Source: Octopus bimaculoides (Eukaryota). Taken from it: 64,000 nucleotides of DNA. The position numbers and the translations under genes are program-made. Where the stretch lies: NCBI RefSeq assembly GCF_001194135.2, contig NC_068999.1, positions 1,540,479 through 1,604,478 of the forward strand. The letters are read 5' to 3'. The notes below the pieces were generated by a model. That model did not search any database and was not told the origin of the DNA. It saw nothing but the letters and a program-made list of their open reading frames with translations. The first letter of the stretch is position 1. Each line of letters begins with the position of its first letter. Positions 1-12,664 of this stretch are shown here, one piece after another.

Positions 1-329
1 TATATATATATATATATATATATATCTTTATATGTATACATCTAAGATATATCTATATGTGTGTGTGTGTGCAATTATTAATATATATATATACACATCT
101 CTGCTGTATGTGAACATTCATAAATGTGTGTACACAATTCTTTGCGTATAGTTTGTGTTCGTGATGGAATGTGTGTGTGAACGTGAGCCGTGCATCTCGG
201 TCGTTGTTATTTGACTACAACATAACTTTATTCAAGTTTATACACGAAAGCAATAAAAAAAAACAATCTACCAGTGAAGTACACACACAAACACACATAT
301 ATGTGTGTATGTCTATATACGTATGACTG

Positions 330-362
<33 letters not shown>

Positions 363-959
363 NNNNNNNNNNNNNNNNNNNNNNNNNNNNNNNNNNNNNN
401 NNNNNNNNNNNNNNNNNNNNNNNNNNNNNNNNNNNNNNNNNNNNNNNNNNNNNNNNNNNNNNNNNNNNNNNNNNNNNNNNNNNNNNNNNNNNNNNNNNNN
501 NNNNNNNNNNNNNNNNNNNNNNNNNNNNNNNNNNNNNNNNNNNNNNNNNNNNNNNNNNNNNNNNNNNNNNNNNNNNNNNNNNNNNNNNNNNNNNNNNNNN
601 NNNNNNNNNNNNNNNNNNNNNNNNNNNNNNNNNNNNNNNNNNNNNNNNNNNNNNNNNNNNNNNNNNNNNNNNNNNNNNNNNNNNNNNNNNNNNNNNNNNN
701 NNNNNNNNNNNNNNNNNNNNNNNNNNNNNNNNNNNNNNNNNNNNNNNNNNNNNNNNNNNNNNNNNNNNNNNNNNNNNNNNNNNNNNNNNNNNNNNNNNNN
801 NNNNNNNNNNNNNNNNNNNNNNNNNNNNNNNNNNNNNNNNNNNNNNNNNNNNNNNNNNNNNNNNNNNNNNNNNNNNNNNNNNNNNNNNNNNNNNNNNNNN
901 NNNNNNNNNNNNNNNNNNNNNNNNNNNNNNNNNNNNNNNNNNNNNNNNNNNNNNNNNNN

Positions 960-1009
<50 letters not shown>

Positions 1010-1456
1010 CAGGTTATGTGTTTTTGTTGTTTTTGATTTTTTGGTTGTTTTAATTTATATAACTTTTTATTTTGTTGTTTATTTTGACGCGGGTGTGAGT
1101 GTGGTGCTAGATGCTGCAGAATTATTATTGTTCTTCTTTCCCTGCATTTTCTTCTGCTTCTTCTCCACCTCCTCCTCCCCCTCCGTCTGCTTCTTTCTCG
1201 TTTTCTTCTTTTTCTTCTTCCTTTGCTCCTCCACTTCCTCCTCCTCCTCCTCCTCCTTCTCCTTCTTATCATTATTGTCGCTATTGCAATTGTTATTATT
1301 ATTATTGTTATTTTTATTGTCATTAGATATATCGATTTTGTTGTGTTTTTGTACATTCTTTGGAAATACCTCACCACCACCGCAAGCTTGCACACGTAAG
1401 TATATGCATAAATATGTGTACCCATATAAATACATGTATAGATGTGTGTGCATATA

Positions 1457-1532
<76 letters not shown>

Positions 1533-1604
1533 AGTGTGTATATGTGTGTATACATAAATATATACATATATAATATATATATGTATATATACATATATAT
1601 GTAT

Positions 1605-1686
<82 letters not shown>

Positions 1687-2961
1687 ATAATGTAGGTAGG
1701 TATGAGCTTGTCTATATGTGTGTGTGTATGTGAGCATACCTACATAAACCTGTCGATTTCGAACAATGCCATATCATTATGACTATTTAATGGAAGAAAT
1801 GAAAGAGAAAAGCGACATCGAGTGAAGAACAGGGAGAGGAGGTGAATGAGAGAATAGAGTAAGAAAAAGAGAGGCAGGGAAAAACAGAGAGACTCCGACA
1901 GACAGACATATATAGAGAGAGGAGGCGATGAAAGTACAGGAAGAAAAAAATGTGAAAGGAAGAGAATATAACTTATAAACAAGTTGTTTATTTCTGTTAC
2001 ACAAATAATATTGAACCATTCATGTTTTGCACCGTTATCTCTTTTAGACGTCAAATTATACATTATTGTTGCGTTTTTAAAACTGAAGTCACACTGAGCG
2101 TGTAGCCTCCATGGGAGTATATTGCCCAGTTGTAACGAGACCTTTTCTCACGGCTTCAAGTATTTAAAACCTGAAATATGCTTGGGAAATAACCAAAGAC
2201 GCATGAATCGAAAGCGATATTTTTTGCGAGAGTGTTTATAGAGTTTAACCTCTGTATATATATATATATATATTCCAGTACGAGTCCATGTTGAAATGCA
2301 CGAGACAACACAAATTTTTACTTTGACAAATTACTTATTTCAAAACATTTCAGAAATCTCAATAAAATATAAAAGAATGTACTTCTAATTATCCTGGTGC
2401 CATGAGCTGTTTTAGATGAGAAAGTCTCGTCTCTAGCAACATTCAGTTAATGCACATCTAAATGGCAAATAAAGAGAGAGTACACAAGATTAATTATCAG
2501 GCTAATCAATTTATCTTATTTTCTTTTAGAGCTAGATATTCATTCTAAAGTGCAAAGTGCTCGGGAATTCAGATTTTTCTGCTGATAATGGTTTTGAAAA
2601 ACAAGTCCGTAAATGTTTTTGGGGAAGAAAATACAGACGTGTTTTAAGCTTATATTTTCAGTTATCTTTTTGAAACAGGTAAATGCATGTGCTATAGGTG
2701 TTCTCTCATTCGAATTGCTTATACCTGGTCAGTAATTGCATCAACAAGATGAATTGACATCCGAACTGAAACCAGGGACGGACATTTGAACAGCTGGCTG
2801 TGGTGAAGGTCTTCTACACAGTTTTGGTCTATCCAGATGCAATTGCACGAGTTTGGGAAGCCGAAGGTTTCTCTCTCTTTACCTATCTCTCCCTCTCCCC
2901 CTCTATCTATCTATCTCACTCTCTCTCGGTCTCCTCTCGCTCTCTCTTTCTCTCCCGCCAG

Positions 2962-3017
2962 AGATGCTCGCAATGGAATCTAATCCAGGGCTTCATGATT
3001 TCAAAGACAACTTCAAC
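2962..3017 (+). other. Candidate 56-nt exon
   Basis: Long CT-rich tract plus CCGCCAG| acceptor and AAC|GTAAGT donor. Two frames are open (MLAMESNPGLHDFKDNFN or RCSQWNLIQGFMISKTTS). Confidence 0.35.
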
Positions 3018-3201
3018 GTAAGTGACCGAAACCTGCGTCCATCATACACTCACACACAAACACACACAAACACGCACGCACAGAGAGACAGAGAGAGAGA
3101 GAGAGAGGGGGGAGAGAAACACATGCACATATGCATACATATGTATATACATATATTCCTCTTTATAGGAACATACATGCATACATACATTAAAATAAAG
3201 T

Positions 3202-3262
<61 letters not shown>

Positions 3263-4744
3263 TATATATACATATATATATACTATTTATTCTTTCCTTT
3301 ATATATATATATATGTTTGTATGTATGTATGTATGTATGTATACCATTTGGTTGTGTTCTCTGTTATGCCTGTATGTACTTAATGGTTTACAAACATTTC
3401 AGATTCTCTGATCTGTGAAAAGAATTTAGTGGAAAATGAATTACATGCAGCATGAATAAAAGATTGGAAACTATAGTATGAGATTAAGTACAACAAAGGA
3501 TTAGCTTTGATCCTTTCCATGTTAAAATAAGACGTGTTGAATTTAATAAGACTTTCACTGAATTTGCAATATTTCTGCTTACAACTGCTCGATAAATATT
3601 TGCTGGTTGTAAATTGAAACAGATTTCTCTGCAACATTCTTTAAAGAATCGAAAGTAAAATTAACGATCACAGATATTTTCCCCCATCAGAAAGTGTAGG
3701 AACACCTATGGGGTATTGCAAACTCCTGAAGAGGCGTAAAGCCATGGCAATGTTGAAAACATTCCCGTATCGTCAACAAGCACTTCAGAGTCATGATGTT
3801 TTTTTAACCCTTGTCCATGTTTTGCTTGAGTGGGGCGACGAGGAATGTGTTAGTCCGACCCATGTTGCTAGGCTGCTGAAGACAAATAGATATTTTTGTA
3901 ACAATACAAAAGATAGTCAATCGTGTTTTGTTTTTTGTTTGTTTTTTTTTACTCACAGATTTAATTCAATAAATATAACTAAAGACCAACTTTATCCAAT
4001 TAACAAGCGATTCAAATATTTGGAAGAAATATTTGTAGCGATAAAATATCTGGAAATATTCTAAAAGTCTGCAGAATTGTCAGTCTGTCATATGGGAATG
4101 TTGTCTGTGTACATACGCCAATTCCTTGTCATCTGTATCGTCGAACTACAGTTGTAAATGTCATGTGTTGCAATCTAGATTCTTTTCTCCATGTCAATCT
4201 GCGAGTGGTCATGAATTTAATATCGGTAATGAGGTTGAAAGCATAACGGACAACATTCAGGAATTTATGATGGTTTATGGCGGCTTAAAGGTCTTCCACG
4301 AGTCAAACAATTCGACAGTTTAACGCAGCTGAAGTTTAAGTAGCGTGTCCACAAGAGAGACGGGCAGACAGGCTGAATGAGAAAGAAAGATAGACAGAAA
4401 GAGAAAGAGGGAAGGACAAATATAGTTAAATACTTAATGTAAAGCAAATAAACGTACGTATGAAAGCATTAATGTATTTGTTAACATATGTGATGTATAT
4501 GTGGTGTGTGTCTGTATATACGCATGATTCTGTGCACAAATAATGATTCTTGCACTACGGAATACTTTCTAATGCAAATGAAACGAAATAATTCCCATAC
4601 ACGGAGACAAATAGGCAAAACGTATGCGTACCTGCATCTACCTCTCTCTCTATGTATATATGTTTGTGTGTGTGCGTGCGTGTGTGCGTGCGTGCGTGTG
4701 TGTGTGCGTGCGTGTGTGTGTGTCTGTGTATACATACACATAAC

Positions 4745-5022
<278 letters not shown>

Positions 5023-5755
5023 ACACGTACATAAGTAGACACACACACATAGGTGGTGCTGGATGTCTTGAGTAAGTTATTATTATCATTATTATTATTA
5101 ATACGCCAGTAGGTATTGCTAAGTACAAATACAGCAGTTGTATATACTCTCAGGAAGATTTAGACAATCTGTCCATAAACCATCATCTGGAGGCGGTGTG
5201 GATAGTTCAGTCATGTTTGCATATTAAAAACACATAGCTGAAGATGCATCGTATATTATGCCTGGTGGTAGTTGTATGGGGAGTCTAGGACATTGTTTAC
5301 TTTGTCTTCTGATTGTTGAGATAGGGGTCGATGTCGTGGGGGTGCCTGTGTAATGGTATTCATTACGATAATAATGTTCAGAATGGCCCGGATTTACATC
5401 ATTCTTTCGTAACTAAAATCCTTTGTGTGTACGTGTGCGTGTGTGCGTATATGTATGTGTATATATGTGTGTGCATGTGTGTGCGTGTATGGATGTGTAT
5501 ATTTATGTGTGTGTGTGTGTGTATATATATATGTGTATAGATAGATAGATAGATAAAAAAACACAAAAATATGTATATATATACTCATAAACATATTTTC
5601 GTCTTTGTATATGTGTCTATGTTTATATGTATGTATGCATATTCTTTTACTGTTTTCAGCCAGAGATTGGGGCCATGCCGGAGCACCGCCTTTCTGAAAA
5701 ATAATGTGAGTTCACCAGGATGTATGTATGTATGTATGTATGTATGTATGTATGT

Positions 5756-6088
5756 ACAGAGCAGGTCGACACTGCACAGTTCCAAAGATCCCAGCAATGC
5801 CATCGCGCTTCAGGAGAAGTTACTGCAACGGTCTGGGTTTCAGGGATCCACAGCTTTTTAACATTTTCCCAAAGAGCCTGAAGGACCTACACAAAGTGGA
5901 CCTCCTCCTGTCGAAAGTCCCAGATGAATCTACCTCGTGGCAAGAGGTACAAATGAGGTTAGCGACATCAAACTCCCTTATTCACCAAATGCCACATATT
6001 AGAGGAGGTTCTCAATAATAACAGTGTAGCAAAACGGCAGTGCCCCAGCATGGCTACAGCTCTGAGCTCAAACTAGAAAAAAATATAC
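5756..6088 (+). mobile_element. CR1/L2-like LINE 3' end (end of ORF2 plus 3' UTR)
   Basis: GRHCTVPKIP..SYCNGLGFRDPQLFNIFPKSLKDL..LLSKVPDE..SNSLIHQM resembles the GPxLFNxLP..LD.FL..VPDEP..SNSL C-terminus of CR1-group ORF2. It is followed by the tail GGCAGTGCCCCAGCATGGCTACAGC..AAACTAGAAAAAAA and (CATA)n. Confidence 0.7.
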
Positions 6089-6328
6089 ATATACATATAC
6101 ATACATACATACATACATACATGTTTTCTTTAGTAAATTGTGTACACAGAAGAGATATTTCAGCACGAATATCTATCTTTTTCAAGTTTGAATATGATTA
6201 TTGGTAGCTACATTTATTCAAATGAAAGCCCTCACTATACTCAGAATATCAAAATATCAACGTGCTACAAGATATAGCTGTACTTGTTATATATATTACT
6301 CACTCGTTGTTTTTTTCTCTTTCGTAAG

Positions 6329-6391
6329 CCAAACTCCGTGTTATAAAATCTCTAACCTGGTTCAAATATGATAATATTGATTTAGCAAATG
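6329..6391 (+). other. Candidate 63-nt phase-symmetric exon
   Basis: TTGTTTTTTTCTCTTTCGTAAG| acceptor and ATG|GTATGT donor. One frame is open (KLRVIKSLTWFKYDNIDLAN). Confidence 0.25.
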
Positions 6392-7179
6392 GTATGTTGT
6401 TTAATGTTGAGTGGCAATTACTCCAAGACCTAGAAAATAGAATAGTAGTGATGGAGGTTACAGCAGCGAATGTTTCCGTTTGTAATTATATATATATATA
6501 TATTTCTTTTCTTGCTGGAAGATCAATTTTAACGGTTTGCATTTTGTTATAAAATGCACATCATATAAATTGCAATGCACAAAAAAACAACAATAATAAT
6601 TTTATGGTCGGTGCTTTCCTCATTTTATTTATGCTCTATATAATGTGTCCGAAGAGTTTAGTTTGATGTAATATAAGAAGAAGAGTGAAATGAAAACGTG
6701 AAGAAGGTATCTGATATGTAGTAACTGTTGAAATGAAGCAGATACAAATGGAGGAGAATCTATGATGTGATTTACTTTTAAATGTGTAGGCATGTTTTTA
6801 TGGCGACATCAGGTATTTACTAAAGCAGATCCTCTTAAATTCTGATTTGAATTATTGCATGTGAGCTGCGTCTATATGTGCATATATATGTGTGAGTATA
6901 TGTATATGTGTACGTGCGCGGGCGAGTGTGTGTGTGTGAGTGTGGTGTTGTATAGATGTAAGCGGAGGTGAGCAAATTGCATTTAATACACTAATGATTT
7001 ATAAGGCGACTTAGGCGCTTGTCGTGTACACATCATGAATAATACATTCAGAGTTTTCTAGTGGCTCTTCTGGCTTTCTTTCCGCTCTCTCTCTCTCTCT
7101 CTTTCCTCTCCGACTTCCGTCTTTTCGTCGATCTTTCTTAATCTCTATCAGACCTCTCTCTTTCTCTCTGTATCTCGCT

Positions 7180-7319
<140 letters not shown>

Positions 7320-7557
7320 CCCTTTCTATCTATGCCTCTCTGTCCTACAGTTGGCATGCAGTGTCTACCGTTATAAGACATATTATTGCTGTGATTAAGA
7401 CTCACTTCTCTCCTGCACTCCTACTTTGACCTCTTACATACATTAAATCACAATTTGTGAAGCAAGTGAAACTTTCATAGAACCTAATCGAAATTTACGG
7501 CATAGTCACATTCCAACGAATTATGTATGATACTTGAGACAAACATCATCATCATCA

Positions 7558-7591
<34 letters not shown>

Positions 7592-8174
7592 CATTATTAT
7601 TATTATTAAATCGAAGCGGATCGTAAAGGTCGAGTTTATAGTGAGTTTTCATTCAGTTTTCACAGAGTACAATTTCGCAGTCAGTTCAGGTAATAGAAAC
7701 CCAATGCATTTTTCCTGTCATAGAAATTGATTCAAGGTCCGGATTTAAAAGTAAATCAAGAATTGACGGACGTAAGGTGTAATTAAGAACACTTGATGGG
7801 TTTCATTGAAATGAAAACAATGGAGTTACAATGTCAGTGTTAATAAATATATAACAATAGTGAAATGTAGATCATAAAAGGAGTTTGTTAAGAGATTGCA
7901 AGTCGGGAAAAGAAGAGGCATCGTTTAACCATGTTCGCGTTGAGAATGGCTCTTAAAATCTCCCTTGAATGAAACACAGAGTATGTGGAATTTGTATTCG
8001 AACTCTGAAACGAGATTGTGTCGTAACGAAGTTACGTTTAGATCGTCAACAGACTGCAACTGTCGCGTTCTCACTAGTTCCAAACAAATGTACAAGTTTT
8101 TACTGTAAATCATGCCTCACCATAGAGACTATTCTTGTTGGGATGAATTACCACAAAGGATTTTGATCTTGATC

Positions 8175-8222
<48 letters not shown>

Positions 8223-9023
8223 GGTGAAAGAATAAATGTGCGAACTCGGTGTCTGTTTGATGCAGCAAAGAATTCAGAAGACGAAAATCTCCCGCCACAT
8301 CCGTAATATCTTCCATCCACACACAGTCTGTATCGCACCTCCTCGAAAACCACAACCATAGAAGTTTGAACTAAATCAATATAACAAACCTCTTCGTAAA
8401 ACTCTTCTAACATATTTCAGACGAACAATGGAAGTTGTTCATTTATAGCCAAATATTTTTATCTACTTATAATTTCTATATTTATAAGATGTTATCGAAT
8501 ATATAATAAGTTTATATTATAGCAACTAAATTCTATGAAACACTTGGCACCGAACATGACACGAAATGTCACACCTGCTTGCAACTTTAGAAGGAAGAAG
8601 CGCTGAAGCTGAGATTAAATTTAATATTAGAAAAATATGAAACTTGGCTCAATTATTTTATAAATAGAAGGAAAAAACAAACATCCCTGCAAGGCTTCTC
8701 GTTCTTGTAAATAGAAATCAAAAAGTAGTCAATAGAAAAGACGATTACATTATATGTGTGTATGTGTGGTGGGTGTATGCGTGTGTTTAATTGCTCAAAA
8801 GACAAAATTTCGTGCCACATTCCGAGATAACTATATTTTATGTATTTCCTCCCCAACATCCTCTAATTACTATAATTTTGTTCTCGTTGAGCAGAAGATT
8901 AATATATCATTTGCTTTGCGAGGATTTCGAAAACAGATATTTCTCATAACATTTGTCAAAATACTCTAAATATTGCATGCATATACATACGCATGCATAT
9001 ATATGTACACACACACACACAAA

Positions 9024-9061
<38 letters not shown>

Positions 9062-9299
9062 TATGCGTGTATATGTGTGTGTGTGTGTATACATGAATTT
9101 GTAAATACTAACATACAGATACATAGACAAATGCATATTCATATATGCTTATAGTTATACACGTAGATATACATACATGCATGCGTATATATATACACGT
9201 ACCTACATACAACGACAAAGACATCCATATATACACACATAAACGTACACATAGAAGTGAATATAAATATATATATATGTATCTGTATATAATGATCTG

Positions 9300-9333
<34 letters not shown>

Positions 9334-9353
9334 ATATATATATATATGTATAT

Positions 9354-9440
<87 letters not shown>

Positions 9441-10656
9441 TACATGTGTGTATATACATAAGTATCTTGGAATGTGTTCATTCATATGTCTGCGTGTGTC
9501 AATGTGTTTGTGTTTCTGTGTGTAAATCATACAATATTGAGTGTATCAATCTACGAATACACACACATATGCACACATGTATGTATGTATGTATGTATGC
9601 ATGTATGTATGTATGTATAAGAAGAGGAACATTAGAAATTAATGAACCAAAGTAAGGAAAAATTACATCGAATCTATTTGAAAACGTAATGTGGAGATTG
9701 CATCTGCCGTGTGTAGGAAAACGGATAATAGAAATTCTTTAGAATACAGAATGAATGCAATCCCGCTGGGTTTGCTAATATACCATTATGGCATCGTACA
9801 GTCGCTTTCTTATCAAAGATTATAGAACGTTTTCAAGAAATTTGAAAATTAATTAAGACATAATGATTTCATTGGAATGATCTTGCTTAGAATTGCGTAC
9901 ATATCTGGTATCTTTTGTATATCTGAGTAACATTGCATTTTGTATAGGGTACATGCATGTGTATATATACGTGTGCCTGGTGAGTTTTTGCGTTTATTTG
10001 TATTCATACAAAAACTCAAATAAAACATTGGCTATATAGGTATATGTATGTAGTATAACATATATCCATAGATAGATAGATAGATACATACATACATACA
10101 TATTTATATATACAGACCCATATTGAATAAATAATATATATATACATATATATGCGTGTGTGTGTGTGTGTGTATACACATAGAGAGACTGCTACAGTAA
10201 GACAGACAGACAAACGGATAGAAGAAATGAGTTATGTATATTGATTGGTGAGCATTTGGTTTTAGAGACCTTACTCGGTACGTAGATTGAATACGCGTTT
10301 TTTTAATACACACGCGCGCGCGCAAACAGACGCAAAAGCAGACATAAACAAAAGCACATCGGTTGAGAAAGTCCTGAACCGATTAATAGCAACTTACTGT
10401 TTGTCCTCAGTTATACATATATAAGTAATCCTTTATTTATCTAATATTGAGTTATCGTTCAATTTGTTGTCGTTTAATATTATCATTATGTTACCTTCCG
10501 TACACTGCTGCATTTTCTCTAAGAGGCTAATACAGTTTGTATTGAATAACTGCTATTAATCGGTTGAGGACTTTCTCCCACAGAAGAATTTAATATGGAT
10601 CCTTGCAGTATCGATTACTCAATGAAACTCCGAGTACTATAATGACAAGTTACTAT

Positions 10657-10913
10657 ATGTAAACACGCACGTGGAATGTAGCAAAATATACTAAAAAACA
10701 GTGCTCTCCATTTGTAAAACCACAAAGAGAAGAATAGATACCCGAGTATCAATTGATTTCGCTTTCTGTGCCGAATTGACACTTAAAGCTCATCAGCTTG
10801 GCTTATTCTGTAAAGTATTTTATACTAAGATAGCGACTCTTCGCTTTGCAGTTTTACAAATGGGGAAAACTGTTTTTTCGTATATTTGCTACATTCTCCG
10901 TGCGTGTTTACAT
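10657..10913. repeat. Long imperfect inverted repeat (foldback) with ~93-nt arms and ~70-nt centre
   Basis: 10657-10750 aligns to the reverse complement of 10821-10913 with 16 substitutions and 1 indel (hand count, ~82% identity). Examples: ATGTAAACACGCACG and CCATTTGTAAAAC occur in both arms. Confidence 0.9.
10731..10809 (-). ncRNA. Type I hammerhead ribozyme (candidate)
   Basis: Minus strand reads AGAATAAGCCAAG-CTGATGA-GCTTT-AA-GTGTC-AATTC-GGCAC-AG-AAAGC-GAAA-TCAATTGA-TA-CTCGG-GTATC-TATTCT. Core CUGAUGA is at 10796-10790. Stem II is GCTTT/AAAGC (G10.1-C11.1) plus inner GTGTC/GGCAC. GAAA is at 10760-10757. Stem III lies in the perfect palindrome ATCAATTGAT (10757-10748), with an AUA cleavage triplet (cut between 10747 and 10746). 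Stem I is CCAAG/CTCGG (one A.C mismatch), an internal loop, then AGAATA/TATTCT. Confidence 0.75.
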
Positions 10914-10985
10914 ACAGTGAGAGATGTGTTGCTTTGGAGAGTTTTAACTCTGCTTTCCAACACGCACATACACACACACACGCAT

Positions 10986-11090
<105 letters not shown>

Positions 11091-12000
11091 TACACACACA
11101 TATATCTATATCTATGCACATAACAAATGTCACTTCTCCTATCTCGTTGTTACATACAATTCTTCCTTTCATTTATGCTCTTTATTACTTTGAAATACTC
11201 GGCGTCACTTCCCCATTTAGCCTGTGTAAGGCTATTGTAGCAATTCCAATGGTATACAAAGCAATAGTATGGAAATAATTTACTTACTGTGTGGAGGGAT
11301 GTAACATTTTTGAGTCATAACTGTCAATTTTAAACTACGATTGTTTGACATGAAGTAGCTCACCTCATATAAATTTTTCTCTCTCTTTCTTTCCTAAACT
11401 TACTAATTATTCTTCTCTCCTTGTCTCTATTTCTCTCCCTCTTCTCTTCCTTTCTCTTTCTGTATATTTTGTGAATATATCACTCACCTCTCTCTGTTGT
11501 CATCCTTAACTCTTGATGTCAAATGCAACCAATTATCGCACGCTGCTATTGATCTTTACAGAAAATGTCATCTGATAGCAATCGTCGGTGTGTGACGAAG
11601 TATTAGGGAAACCCTTGAAGGTTGCTTTACAAATTATTAATAAGGAATCCTTAATACAACTATTAACGTTACACAATTGACAAACGCGAAGGTTTCTTAA
11701 AGGTCAGGTGTACATTAAAAGCAATTAGAAAATTGTGTTGATTCGAGCTGAAATGGTATTTCAACTTCCTAGAGAAGGCAGCTGTTATATTCTCCCTCAT
11801 CTATATTTAAACGATACTCATAGTTTCATGAAGTTTTCCATACACAGTTCTTGATGAATAATTAAACTGGATCGTCATAACTGAAATATATTTTATCATA
11901 GGTCTCTAGGATGTAAATATAAACACCAGCGAAATGGTAATAATGTGAAAGTATCTAAGTTTTTGAAAGGTTGAAATGTATTACGCAGTGTTATTAGAAA

Positions 12001-12330
12001 TACTGAGTTGGCGAAGAAATCCGTTCGGCTTTTGTCGACACTAGATTTCAAGCTCTCTAATTCGCAACTAATTTCGCAGCTCCTTGTGCATGCCCACTCG
12101 TAATATACTTGACAGTTGGATGCGAATTTGCGACGAGAAAGGTTATATTTTCTATGCTTGAGATCCTGACCACAGAGAACCAAAATCCACATCTCATGCT
12201 TTTTCATTTTTTAAAAGGCATGAAAACAGTGGAAACCCACAGGAAGGTACGTGTTGTGCACGAAGAGGTTCTTATGGAGGTCAGTGCCACGAGTGTTTGT
12301 TTAAGATGTACCTCCCTCTGGAAAAAAGCA
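12001..12330 (+). mobile_element. Mariner (Tc1/mariner) 5' end: TIR plus transposase N-terminus, degenerate
   Basis: TA followed by the TIR-like CTGAGTTGGCGAAGAAATCCGTTCGGCTTTT at 12001. The translation ENQNPHLMLFHFLKGMKTVETHRKVRVVHEEVL resembles the mariner HTH start (..RHxLLFxFxKGxxAxExxRxIxxVYGExxL). Truncated by SINE insertions. Confidence 0.65.
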
Positions 12331-12426
12331 AAGACGATCTCGTCGGAATTCAAACTCAGAGCAAAAAAACGAACGAAATGCCACTTAGCATTTTATTCGG
12401 CATTGTTAATGATTTTGCCAGCGCGC
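12328..12426 (-). mobile_element. SINE family A, partial head copy
   Basis: GGAATTCAAACTCAGAGC..CGAAATGCCACTTAGCATTTT..AATGATTTTGCCAGC matches the head of the adjacent 12488-12664 copy. Confidence 0.7.
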
Positions 12427-12487
12427 AGGTTTAGAATTAATATTTATTTCTTTATTGCCTACAGGGGACAAAACAAAGACCGACAAA

Positions 12488-12664
12488 GGGATTAAGTCGA
12501 TTACATCGACCCCAGTGCGTAACTGTGGTACTTATTTAATCGAGCCCGAAAAGATAAAAGCGAAAGTCGACATCGATTGAATTTGAACTCAGAACGTAAC
12601 GGCAGACGAATTACTGCTAAGCATTCCTCCCGGCGTGCTAATGATTCTGCCAGCTCGCCGCCTT
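12488..12664 (-). mobile_element. tRNA-derived SINE, family A (head AAGGCGGCGAGCTGGCAGA)
   Basis: Reverse complement has A-box-like TGGCAGAATCATTAG, B-box GAGTTCAAATTC and body GTCGACTTT..CTTTTATCTTTTCGGGCTCGAT..AAGTACC..CTGGGGTCGATGTAATCGACTTAATCCC. The same sequence is shared with other copies in the window. Confidence 0.85.

Noticed and set aside
7969-8166. CGIC...YCKSC ORF resembling a piggyBac C-terminal cysteine-rich domain
   Set aside because: The spacing between Cys pairs is long, later Cys/His ligands are missing, and there is no adjacent DDD transposase or TTAA/TIR evidence.
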